Source: Nitrospirales bacterium (GTDB lineage: Bacteria; Nitrospirota; Nitrospiria; Nitrospirales; UBA8639). Taken from it: a stretch of DNA of 64,000 nt. Location of the stretch: positions 832,001-896,000 of the forward strand of contig CBDBCZ010000015.1 of the NCBI GenBank assembly GCA_965203295.1, written 5' to 3'. Position 1 is the first letter of the stretch; every line of letters starts with the position of its first letter. Positions 53,001 through 64,000 of this stretch are shown in pieces. Under the pieces are notes generated by a model, which searched no databases, was not told the origin of the DNA, and was given only the letters and a program-made list of their open reading frames with translations. The position numbers and the translations under genes were made by a program.

Positions 53001-56000
53001 GAAGCTTAGAAAAGAAGGATTTTATTGAAAATTGATAGTTTTGTTGGTCTCTAGCAAAGACTTTAAGCCAAAGTAATTAGCTACCATAGATCTGACCCTT
53101 CCCAACGGTTTAGGAAAAGAACCTGTTATTCAAAGGCTTGATTAGTTTCAATGATGTTAATCGGATACAATACATGTTTAGGAAGTGTCGATGTTCAAGA
53201 AAGGAACTGGTTATTCAAAGGCTTGTTTAGTTCGGTTGATGTTAGTCTGAAGAATAGGAAAGAAGGATTTTATTGAAAATTGTTAGTTTTGTTGGTCTCA
53301 GGCAAAGACTTTCAGCAAAAGTAACTAGCTACCATTTATCTGACCCTTCCTAACTGTTTAGGAAAAGAACTGGTTATTCAAAGGCTTGTTTAGTTTGAAT
53401 GATGTTAGTCTGAAGATTAGGAAAGAAGGATTTTATTGAAAATTGTTAGTTTTGTTGGTCTCAGGCAAAAACTTTCAGCCAAAGTAACTGGCTACCATTG
53501 ATCTGACCCTTCCCAACTTTTTAGGAAAAGAACTGGTTATTCAAAGGCTTGATTAGTTTTATTGATGTTAGTCGGATACAATACATGTTTAAAAAGTGTC
53601 GATGTTCAAGAAAGGAACTGGTTATTCAAAGGCTTGTTTAGTTTGGTTGATATTAGTCTGCAGATTAGGAAAGGAGGATTTTATTGAAAATATTTAGTTT
53701 TGTTGGTCTCAGGCAAAGACTTTCAGCAAAAGTAACTAGCTACCATTGAACTGACCCTTCCTAACTGTTTAGGAAAAGAACTGGTTATTCAAAGGCTTGT
53801 TTAGTTTGAATGATGTTTGTCTGTAGATTAGGAAAGAAGGATTTTATTGAAAATTGTTAGTTTGTTTTGTCTCTAGCAAAGACTTTAAGCCAAAGTAACT
53901 AGCTACCATTTATCTGACCCTTCCCAACTGTTTAGAAAAAGAACTGGTTATTTAAAGGCCTGTTTAGTTTTTTTGATGTTAGCCTGAAGATTACGAAAGA
54001 AGGATTTTATTGAAAATTTTTAAATTTGTTGGTCTCTTGCAATGACTTTAATTAAGCCAAAGTTACTAGCTACCATTGATCATATCTTTCCGAACTATTT
54101 AGAAAAAGTGCAGGTTATTCAAAGGCTTGTTTTGTTAGAATGATATTAGTCAGATACAATACATACTTAAGAAGTATCAATGTTCAAGAAAGAAACTGGT
54201 TATTCAAAGACTTGTTTAGTTTGAATGATGTTAGTCTGAAGATTAGGAAAGAAGGATTTTATTGAAAATTGTTAGTTTTGTTAGTCTCTAGCAAAGACTT
54301 TAAGCCAAAGTAACTAGCTACCATTTATCTGACCCTTCCCAACTGTTTAGAAAAAGAACTGGTTATTCAAAGGCCTGTTTAGTTTTGTTGATGTTAGCCT
54401 GAAGATTAGGAAAGAAGGATTTTATTGAAAATTGTTAGTTTTGTTGGTCTCTTGCAATCACTTTAATTAAGCCAAAGTTACTAGCTACAATTGATCTGAC
54501 CTTTCCGAACTATTTAGAAAAAGTGCTGGTTATTCAAAGGCTTGTTTTGTTTGAATGATATTAGTCAGATACAATACATGCTTAGGAAGTATCAATATTC
54601 AAGAAAGGAACTGATTATTCAAAGGCTTGTTTAGTTTGGTTGATGTTTGTCTGAAGATTAGGAAAGGAGGATTTTATTGAAAATCGTTAGTTTTGTTGGT
54701 CTCTAGCAAAGACTTTAAGCCAAAGTAACTTGCTACCATTTATCTGACCCTTCCCAACTGTTTAGAAAAAGAGCTGGTTATTCAAAGGCTTGTTCTGTTT
54801 GAATGATATTAGTCAGATGCAATACATGCTTAGGAAGTATCAATATTCAAGAAAGGAACTGGTTATTCAAAGGCTTGTTTAGTTTGGTTGATGTTAGTCT
54901 GAAGATTAGGAAAGAAGGATTTTATTGAAAATTGTTAGTTTCGTTGGTCTCAGGCAAAGACTTTCAGCCAAAGTAACTGGCTACCATTCATCTGACCCTT
55001 CCCAACTGTTTAGCAAAACAACTGGTTATACAAAGGATTGTTTAGTTTGAATGATGTTAGTCCGATACAATACATGCTTAGGAAGTATCGATGTTCAAGA
55101 AAGGAACTGGTTATTCAAAGGCTTGTTTAGTTTGCTTGATGTTAGTCTGCAGATTAGGAAAGAAGTATTTTATAGAAAATCATTAGTTTTGTTGGTCTCT
55201 AGCAAAGACTTTGAGCCAAAGTAACTAGCTACCATTGATCTGACCCTTCCCAACTGTTTAGGAAAAGAACCTGTTATTCAAAGGCTTGATTAGTTTTAAT
55301 GATGTTAGTCGGATACAATACATGTTTAGGAAGTGTCGATGTTCAAGAAAGGAACTGGTTATTCAAAGGCTTGTTTAGTTCGGTTGATGTTAGTCTTAAG
55401 ATTAGGAAAGAAGAATTTTATTGAAAATTGTTAGTTTTGTTGGTCTCAGGCAAAGACTTTCAGCAAAAGTAACTAGCTACCATTGATCTGACCCTTCCTA
55501 ACTTTCTACGTAGAGAACTGGTTTAAGATTCAATAGCTTGTTTAGTTTGAATGATGTTAGTCAGATACAATACATACTTAGGAAGTAAGGGTTTTGACTG
55601 AAAATTATCAGTTTAATTGGTCTCAGGCAAAGACTTTCAGCCAAACTAAGTAGCTACCATTGATCTGACCCTTCCAAAGTGTCTAGGAAAGAAATTGGTG
55701 TAAGATTTAATAGGTTGTTTAGTTTGAATGATGTTAGTCGGATACAATACATGTTTAGGAAGTATCGATGTTCAAGAAAGAAACTGGTTTTTCAAAGCTT
55801 ATTTAGTTTAGTTGATGTTAGTCTGAAGATTAGGAAAGGAGGATTTTATTGAAAATTGTTAGTTTTGTTGGTCTCAGGTAAAGACTTTCAGCCAAAGTAT
55901 CTAGCTACCATTTATCTGACCCCTCCCAACTGTCTTGGAAAGGAACTGGTTTGTGATTCAATCATTTGTTTAGTTTAAATGATGTTTGTCAGATACAATA

Positions 56001-59000
56001 CATACATGCTTAGAAAGTAAGGGTTTTCACTAATAATTGGTACAATTTTAGCTTTATTGGTCTCAGGAAACTTTCAGTCAAAACAACTAGCTACCATTGA
56101 TCTGACCCTTCCCAACTGTCTAGGAAAGAAATTGTTTTAAGATTTTATAGCTTTTTTAGTTTGAATGATGTTAGTCGGATACAATGCATGCTTAGGAAGT
56201 ATCGATGTTCAAGACCAGAACTGGTTATTCAAAGGCTTGTTTAGTTTGGTTGATGTTAGTCTGAAGATTAGGAAAGAAGGATTTCATTGAAAATTGTTAG
56301 ATTTGTTGGTCTCTGGCAAAGACTTTAAGCCAAAGTCACTAGCTACCATTGATCTGACTCTTCCCAACTGTTTAAAAAAGAACTGGTTATTCAAAGGCTT
56401 GTTTAGTTTGAATGATGTTAGTCAGATACAATACACGCTTATGAAGTATCGATGTTCAAGAAAGGAACTTGTTATTCAAGGGCTTGTTTAGTTTCGTTGA
56501 TGATAGTCTGAAGATTAGGAAAGAAGGATTTTAATGAAAATTATTAGTTTTGTTGGTCTCTAGCAAAGACTTTAAGCCAAAGTTACTAGCTACCTTTAAT
56601 CTGACCCTTCCCAACTGTTTAGAAAAAGAGCTGGTTATTCAAAAGCTTTTTAAGTTTGAATGATGTTAGTCTGAAGCTTAGAAAAGAAGGATTTTATTGA
56701 AAATTGATAGTTTTGTTGGTCTCTAGCAAAGACTTTAAGCCAAAGTAATTAGCTACCATAGATCTGACCCTTCCCAACGGTTTAGGAAAAGAACCTGTTA
56801 TTCAAAGGCTTGATTAGTTTCAATGATGTTAATCGGATACAATACATGTTTAGGAAGTGTCGATGTTCAAGAAAGGAACTGGTTATTCAAAGGCTTGTTT
56901 AGTTCGGTTGATGTTAGTCTGAAGAATAGGAAAGAAGGATTTTATTGAAAATTGTTAGTTTTGTTGGTCTCAGGCAAAGACTTTCAGCAAAAGTAACTAG
57001 CTACCATTTATCTGACCCTTCCTAACTGTTTAGGAAAAGAACTGGTTATTCAAAGGCTTGTTTAGTTTGAATGATGTTAGTCTGAAGATTAGGAAAGAAG
57101 GATTTTATTGAAAATTGTTAGTTTTGTTGGTCTCAGGCAAAAACTTTCAGCCAAAGTAACTGGCTACCATTGATCTGACCCTTCCCAACTTTTTAGGAAA
57201 AGAACTGGTTATTCAAAGGCTTGATTAGTTTTATTGATGTTAGTCGGATACAATACATGTTTAAAAAGTGTCGATGTTCAAGAAAGGAACTGGTTATTCA
57301 AAGGCTTGTTTAGTTTGGTTGATGTTAGTCTGCAGATTAGGAAAGGAGGATTTTATTGAAAATGGTTAGTTTTGTTGGTCTCAGGCAAAGACTTTCAGCA
57401 AAAGTAACTAGCTACCATTGAACTGACCCTTCCTAACTGTTTAGGAAAAGAACTGGTTATTCAAAGGCTTGTTTAGTTTGAATGATGTTTGTCTGTAGAT
57501 TAGGAAAGAAGGATTTTATTGAAAATTGTTAGTTTGTTTTGTCTCTAGCAAAGACTTTAAGCCAAAGTAACTAGCTACCATTTATCTGACCCTTCCCAAC
57601 TGTTTAGAAAAAGAACTGGTTATTTAAAGGCCTGTTTAGTTTTTTTGATGTTAGCCTGAAGATTACGAAAGAAGGATTTTATTGAAAATTTTTAAATTTG
57701 TTGGTCTCTTGCAATGACTTTAATTAAGCCAAAGTTACTAGCTACCATTGATCATATCTTTCCGAACTATTTAGAAAAAGTGCAGGTTATTCAAAGGCTT
57801 GTTTTGTTAGAATGATATTAGTCAGATACAATACATACTTAAGAAGTATCAATGTTCAAGAAAGAAACTGGTTATTCAAAGGCTTGTTTAATTTGGTTGA
57901 TGTTATTCTGAAGATTAAGAAAGAAGGATTTTATTGAAAATTGTTAGTTTTGTTGGTCTCTAGCAAAGACTTTAAGCCAAAGAAACTTGCTACCATTTAT
58001 CTGACCCTTCCCAACTGTTTAGAAAAAGAGCTGGTTATTCAAAGGCCTGTTTAGTTTTGTTGATGTTAGCCTGAAGATTAGGAAAGAAGGATTTTATTGA
58101 AAATTGTTAGTTTTGTTAGTCTCAGGCAAAGACTTTCAGCCAAAGTAACTTGCTACCATTGATCTGACCCTTCCCAACTGTTTAGGAAAAGAACTGGTTA
58201 TTCAAAGGCTTGTTTAGTTTAGTCAGATACAATACACGCTTAGGAAGTATCGATGTTCAAGAAAGGAACTGTTTATTCAAAGGCTTGTTTTGTTTGTTTG
58301 ACGTTAGTCTGAAGATTAGGAAAGAAGGATTTTATTGAAAATCGTTAGTTTTGTTGGTCTCTAGAAAAGACTTTGAACCAAAGTAACTAGCTATTATTGA
58401 TCTGACCCTTCCCAACTGTTTAGGAAAAGAACTGGTTATTCAAAGGCTTGATTAGTTTTAATGATGTTAGTCGGATACAATACATGTTTAGAAAGTATCG
58501 ATGTTCAAGAAAGGAACTGGTTATTCAAAGGCTTGTTTAGTTTTGTTGATGTTAGTGTGAAGATTAGGAAAGAAGGATTTTATTGAAAATCGTTAGTTTT
58601 GTTGGTCTCTAGCAAAGACTATGAGCCAAAGTAACTAGCTACCATTGATCTGACCCTTCCCAACTGTTTAGGAAAAGAACTGGTTATTCAAAGGCTTGAT
58701 TAGTTTTAATGATGTTAGTCGGATACAAAACACGTTTAGGAAGTATCGATGTTCAAGAAAGGAACTGGTTATTCAAAGGCTTGTTTAGTTTGGTTGATGT
58801 TAGTCTGAAGATTAGGAAAGAAGGATTTTATTGAAAATTGTTAGTTTTATTGGTCTCTAGCAATGACTTTAAGCCGAAGTAACTTGCTACCATTGATCAG
58901 ACCCTTCCCAACTGTTTAGAAAAAGAACTGGTTATTCAAAGGCCTGTTTAGTTTTGTTGATTTTAGCCTGAAGATTAGGAAAGAAGGATTTTATTTAAAA

Positions 59001-62000
59001 TTGTTAGTTTTGTTGGTCTCTTGCAATGACTTTAAGCCAAAGTTACTAGCTACCATTGATCTGACCTTTCCGAACTATTTAGTAAAAGTGCTGGTTATTC
59101 AAAGGCTTGTTTGTTTGAATGATATTAGTCAGATACAATACATGCTTAGGAAGTATCAATGTTCAAGAAAGGAAGTGGTTATTCAAAGGCTTGTTTAGTT
59201 TGGTTGATGTTTGTCTGAAGATTAGTAAAGAAGAATTTTATAGAAAATTGTTAGTTTTGTTGGTCTCTAGCAAAGACTTTAAGCCAAAGTAACTTGCTAC
59301 CATTTATCTGACCCTTCCCAACTGTTTAGAAAAAGAGCTGGTTATTCAAAGGCCTGTTTAGTTTGGTTGATGTTAGTCTGAAGATTAGGAAAGAAAGATT
59401 TTATTGAAAATCGTTAGTTTTGTTGGTCTCTAGCAAAGACTTTGAGCCAAAGTAACTAGCTACCATTGATCTGACCCTTCCCAACTGTTTAGAAAAAGAA
59501 CTGGTTATTCAAAGGCTTGTTTAGTTTGAATGATGTTAGTCAAATACAATACATGCTAAGGAAGTATCGAAGTTCAAGAAAGGAACTGGTTATTCAAAAG
59601 CTTGTTTAGTTTGGTTGATGTTAGTCTGAAGATTAGGAAAGAAGGATTTTATTCAAAAATTGTTAATTTTGTTAGTCTCTGGCAAAGACTTTAAGCCAAG
59701 GTAACTTGTTACCATTTGTCTGACCCTTCCCAACTGTCTTGGAAAGGAACTGGTTTAAGATTCAATCATTTGTTAAGTTTAAATGATGTTTGTCAGATAC
59801 AATACATATATGCTTTGAAAGTAAAGGTTTTCACTAATAATTGGTACAATTTTAGCTTTATTGGTCTCAGGAAACTTTCAGTCAAAACAACTAGCTACCA
59901 TTGATCTGACCCTTCCTAACTGTCTACGTAGAGAACTGGTTTAAGATTCAATAGCTTGTTTAGTTTGAATGAAGTTAGTCAGATACAATACATACTTAAA
60001 AAGTAAGGGTTTTGACTGAAAATTAACAGTTTAATTGGTCTCAGTCAAAGACTTTCAGCCAAACTAAGTAGCTACCATTGATCTGACCCTTCCCAAGTGT
60101 CTAGGAAAGAAATTGGTGTAAGATTTAATAGGTTGTTTAGTTTGAATGATGTTAGTCGGATACAATACATGTTTAGGAAGTATCGATGTTCAAGAAAGGA
60201 ACTGGTTATTCAAAGGCTTGTTTAGTTTAGTTGATGTTAGTCTGAAGATTAGGAAAGGAGGATTTTATTGAAAATTGTTAGTTTTGTTGGTCTCAGGTAA
60301 AGACTTTCAGCCAAAGTATCTAGCTACCATTGATCTGACCCCTCCCAACTGTCTTGGAAAGGAACTGGTTTATGATTCAATCATTTGTTTAGTTTAAATG
60401 ATGTTTGTCGGATACAATACATACATGCTTAGAAAGTAAGGGTTTTCACTAATAATTGGTACAATTTTAGCTTTATTGGTCTCAGGAAACTTTCAGTCAA
60501 AACAACTAGCTACCATTGATCTGACCCTTCCCAACTGTCTAGGAAAGAAATTGTTTTAAGATTTTATAGCTTATTTAGTTTGAATGATGTTAGTCGGATA
60601 CAATACATGCTTAGGAAGTATCGATGTTCAAGACCGGAACTGGTTATTCAAAGGCTTGTTTAGTTTTGTTGATGTTAATCTGAAGATTTGGAAAGAAGGA
60701 TTTCATTGAAAATTGTTAGATTTGTTGGTCTCTGGCAAAGACTTTAAGCCAAAGTCACTAGCTACCATTCATCTGACCCTTCCCAACTGTTTAGAAAAAG
60801 AACTGGTTATTCAAAGGCTTGTTTAGTTTGAATGATGTTAGTCAGATACAATACACGCTTAGGAAGTATCGATGTTCAAGAAAGGAACTTGTTATTCAAG
60901 GGCTTGTTTAGTTTCGTTGATGTTCGTCAGAAGATTAGGAAAGAAGGATTTTAATGAAAATTATTAGTTTTGTTGGTCTCTAGCAAAGACTTTAAACCAA
61001 AGTTACTAGCTACCTTTAATCTGACCCTTCCCAACTATTTAGAAAAAGAGCTGGTTATTCAAAAGCTTGTTTTAGTTTGAATGATGTTAGTCTGAAGATT
61101 AGAAAAGAAGGATTTTATTGAAAATTGATAGTTTTGTTGGTCTCTAGCAAATACTTTAAGCCAATGTAACTAGCTACCATTTATCTGACCCTTCCGAACT
61201 GTTTAGAAAAAGAACTGGTTATTCAAAGGCTTGTTTAGTTTTGTTGATGTTAGTCAAATACAATACATGCCTAGGAAGTATCGATGTTCAAGAAAGGAAT
61301 TTGTTATTCAAAGGCTTGTTTAGTTTGGTTGATGTTTGTCTGAAGATTATGAAAGAAGGATTTATTGAAAATTTTTAGTTTTGTTGGTCTAAGGCAAAGA
61401 CTTTCAGCCAAAGTAACTAGCTACCATTGATCTGACCCTTCCCAACTGTTTAGGAAACAAACTGGTTATTCAAAAGGCTAGTTTAGTTTGAATGATGTTA
61501 TTCAAATGCAATACATCCTTAGGAAGTATCGATGTTCAAGAAAAAAACTGGTTATTCAAAGGCTTGTTTAGTTTGGTTGATGTTAGTCTGAAGATTAGGA
61601 AAGAAGTATTTTATTGAAAATTGTTAGTTTTGTTGGTCTCTAGCAAAGACTTTAAGCCAAAGTCACTAGCTACCATTGATCTGACCCTTCCCAACTGTTT
61701 AGAAAAAGAGCTGGTTATTCAAAGGCTTGTTTTGTTTGAATGATATTAGTGAGATAAAATACATGCTTAGGAAGTATCAATGTTCAAGTAAGGAACTGGT
61801 TATTCAAAGGCTTGTTTAGTTTGCTTGATGTTCGTCTGCAGATTAAGAAAGAAGTATTTTATAGAAAATCGTTAGTTTTGTTGGTCTCTAGCAAAGACAT
61901 TGAGTCAAAGTAACTAGCTACAATTGATCTGACCCTTCCCTACTGTTTAGGAAAAGAACTGGTTATTCAAAGGCTTGATTAGTTTTAATGATGTTAGTCG

Positions 62001-64000
62001 GATACAATACATGTTTAGGAAGTGTCGATGTTCAAGAAAGGAACTGGTTATTCAAAGGCTTGTTTAGTTTGGTTGATGTTAGTCTGAAGATTAGGAAAAA
62101 AGGATTTTATTGAAAATTGTTAGTTTTGTTGGTCTCTAGCAAAGACTTTAAGCTAAAGTAACTAGCTACCATTTATCTGACCCTTCCCAACTATTTAGAA
62201 AAAGAACTGGTTATTCAAAGGCTTGTTTAGTTTGAATGATGTTAGTCTGAAGATTAGGAAAGAAGGATTTTATTGAAAATTGTTAGTTTTGTTGGTCTCT
62301 AACAAAAACTTTAAGCCAAAGTAACTAGCTACCATTTTTCTGACCCTTCCTAACTGTTTAGAAATAAACTGGTTATTCAAAGGCCTGTTTAGTTTTGTTG
62401 ATGTTAGCCTGAAGATTAAGAAAGAAGGATTTTATTGAAAATTGTTAGTTTTGTTGGTCTCAGGCAAAGACTTTCAGCAAAAGTAACGAAGGATTTTATT
62501 GAAAATTGTTAGTTTTGTTGGTCTCAGGCAAAGACTTTCAGCAAAAGTAACTGGCTACCATTGATCTGACTCTTCCCAACTGTTTAGGAAAACAAATGGT
62601 TATTCAAAGGCTTGTTTTGTTTTAATGATGTTAGTCGGATACAATACATGTTTAGGAAGAGTCGATGTTCAAGAAAGGAACTTGTTATTCAAAGGCTTGT
62701 TTAGTTTGGTTGATGTTAGTCTGAAGATTTGGAAAGAAGGATTTTATTGAAAATTGTTAGTTTTGTTGGTCTCAGGCAAAGACTTTCAGCAAAAGTAACT
62801 AGCTACCATTGATCTTACCCTTTCTAACTGTTTAGGAAAAGAACTGGTTATTCAAAGGCTTGTTTAGTTTGAATGATGTTAGTCTGAAGATTAGGAATGA
62901 AGGATTTTATTGAAAATTGTTAGTTTTGTTGGTCTCAGGCAAAGACTTTCAGCCAAAGTAACTGGCTACCATTGATCTGACCCTTCCCCACTGTTTAGGA
63001 AAAGAACTGGTTATTCAAAGGCTTGATTAGTTTTAATGATGTTAGTCGGATACAATACATGTTTAGAAAGTGTCGATGTTCAAGAAAGGAACAGGTTATT
63101 GAAAGGCTTGTTTAGTTTGGTTGATGTTAGTCTGAAGATTAGGAAAGAAGGATTTTATTGAAAAGTGTTAGTTTTGTTGGTCTCAGGCAAAGACTTTCAG
63201 CAAAAGTAACTAGCTACCATTGATCTGACCCTTCCTAACTGTTTAGGAAAAGAACTGGTTATTCAAAGGCTTGTTTAGTTTGAATGAAGTTAGTCTGAAG
63301 ATTAGGAAAGACGGATTTTATTGAAAATTGTTAGTTTTGTTGGTCTCTAGCAAAAACTTTAAGCCAAAGTAACTAGCTACTATTTATCTGACCCTTCCCA
63401 ACTGTTTAGAAAAAGAACTGGTTATTCAAAGCCTGTTTAGTTTTGTTTATATTAGCTTGAAGATTAGGAAAGAAGGATTTTATTGAAAATTGTTAGTTTT
63501 GTTGGTCTCTTGCAATGACTTTAATTAAGCCAAAGTTACTAACTACCATTGATCTGACCTTTCCGAACTCTTTAGAAAATGTGCTGGTTATTCAAAGGCT
63601 TGTTTAGTTTGAATGATATTAGTCAGATACAATACATGCTTAGGAAGTATCAATGTTCAAGAAAGGAACTGATTATTCAAAAGCTTGTTTAGTTTGGTTG
63701 ATGTTAGTCTGAAGATTAGGAAAGAATGATTTTATTGAAAATTATTATTTTTGTTGGTCTCATGCAAAGACTTTCAGCCAAAGTAACTGGCTACCATTGA
63801 TCTGACCCTTCCCAACTGTTTTGGAAAAGAACTGGTTATTCAAAGACCTGTTTTGTTTGAATGATGTTAGTCGGATACAATACATGCTTAGGAAGTATCG
63901 ATGTTCCAGACCGGAACTGGTTATTCAAAGGCTTGTTTAGTTTGGTTGATGTTAGTCTGAAGATTAGGAAAGAAGGATTTCATTAATAATTGTTAGATTT
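44061..64000. repeat. AT-rich satellite array (>19.9 kb, runs off the window) of 85-, 163-, 177- and 186-bp modules with higher-order duplications
   Basis: The core GAACTGGTTATTCAAAGGCTTGTTTAGTTT(GAA/GGT)TGATGTTAGTC recurs at 44340, 44503, 44588 and 44751 (spacings 163, 85, 163). Variant modules start at 47676, 47862 and 48039 (186, 177). Orientation is single throughout. Confidence 0.98.

Noticed and set aside
44061..64000. CRISPR-like array (constant core separated by variable segments), and ORFs at 47645, 52622, 56294, 59001 and 59716
   Set aside because: The intervening segments are themselves a few repeated types rather than unique spacers, there are no cas genes, and the context is eukaryotic. 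The ORFs are chance stop-free stretches of satellite.

Overview
This is eukaryotic DNA with GT-AG introns, probably from a non-bilaterian marine animal such as a demosponge (inferred from gene and repeat style only). It has two halves. Positions 1-~44,060 are a graveyard of spliced gene remnants buried in small transposons: three intact 5' exons of an ABCG2-like transporter (-); a head-to-head decayed ABCG paralogue (+); a disabled C6orf89/BRAP-like gene (+); an ATR kinase pseudogene (+, ~16.1-33.9 kb) with a nonsense codon, a frameshift, missing exons, a young CRE-type retrotransposon in a probable exon and no kinase domain; and, about 650 bp later, only the 3' half of PCMT1. Between these lie Helentron/DINE-like elements, TA-, TTAA-, 8-bp- and 9-bp-TSD MITEs, very short hairpin elements, a tRNA-SINE and decayed LINE fragments. 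From ~44,061 to the end is an AT-rich satellite built from 85/163/177/186-bp modules that share one ~44-bp core, with 1,147-bp and 3,672-bp higher-order duplications. The window looks like a euchromatin/heterochromatin (pericentromeric or subtelomeric) boundary carrying a decaying segmental duplication. All homology calls come from my own translations compared with remembered protein sequences; no searches were run.
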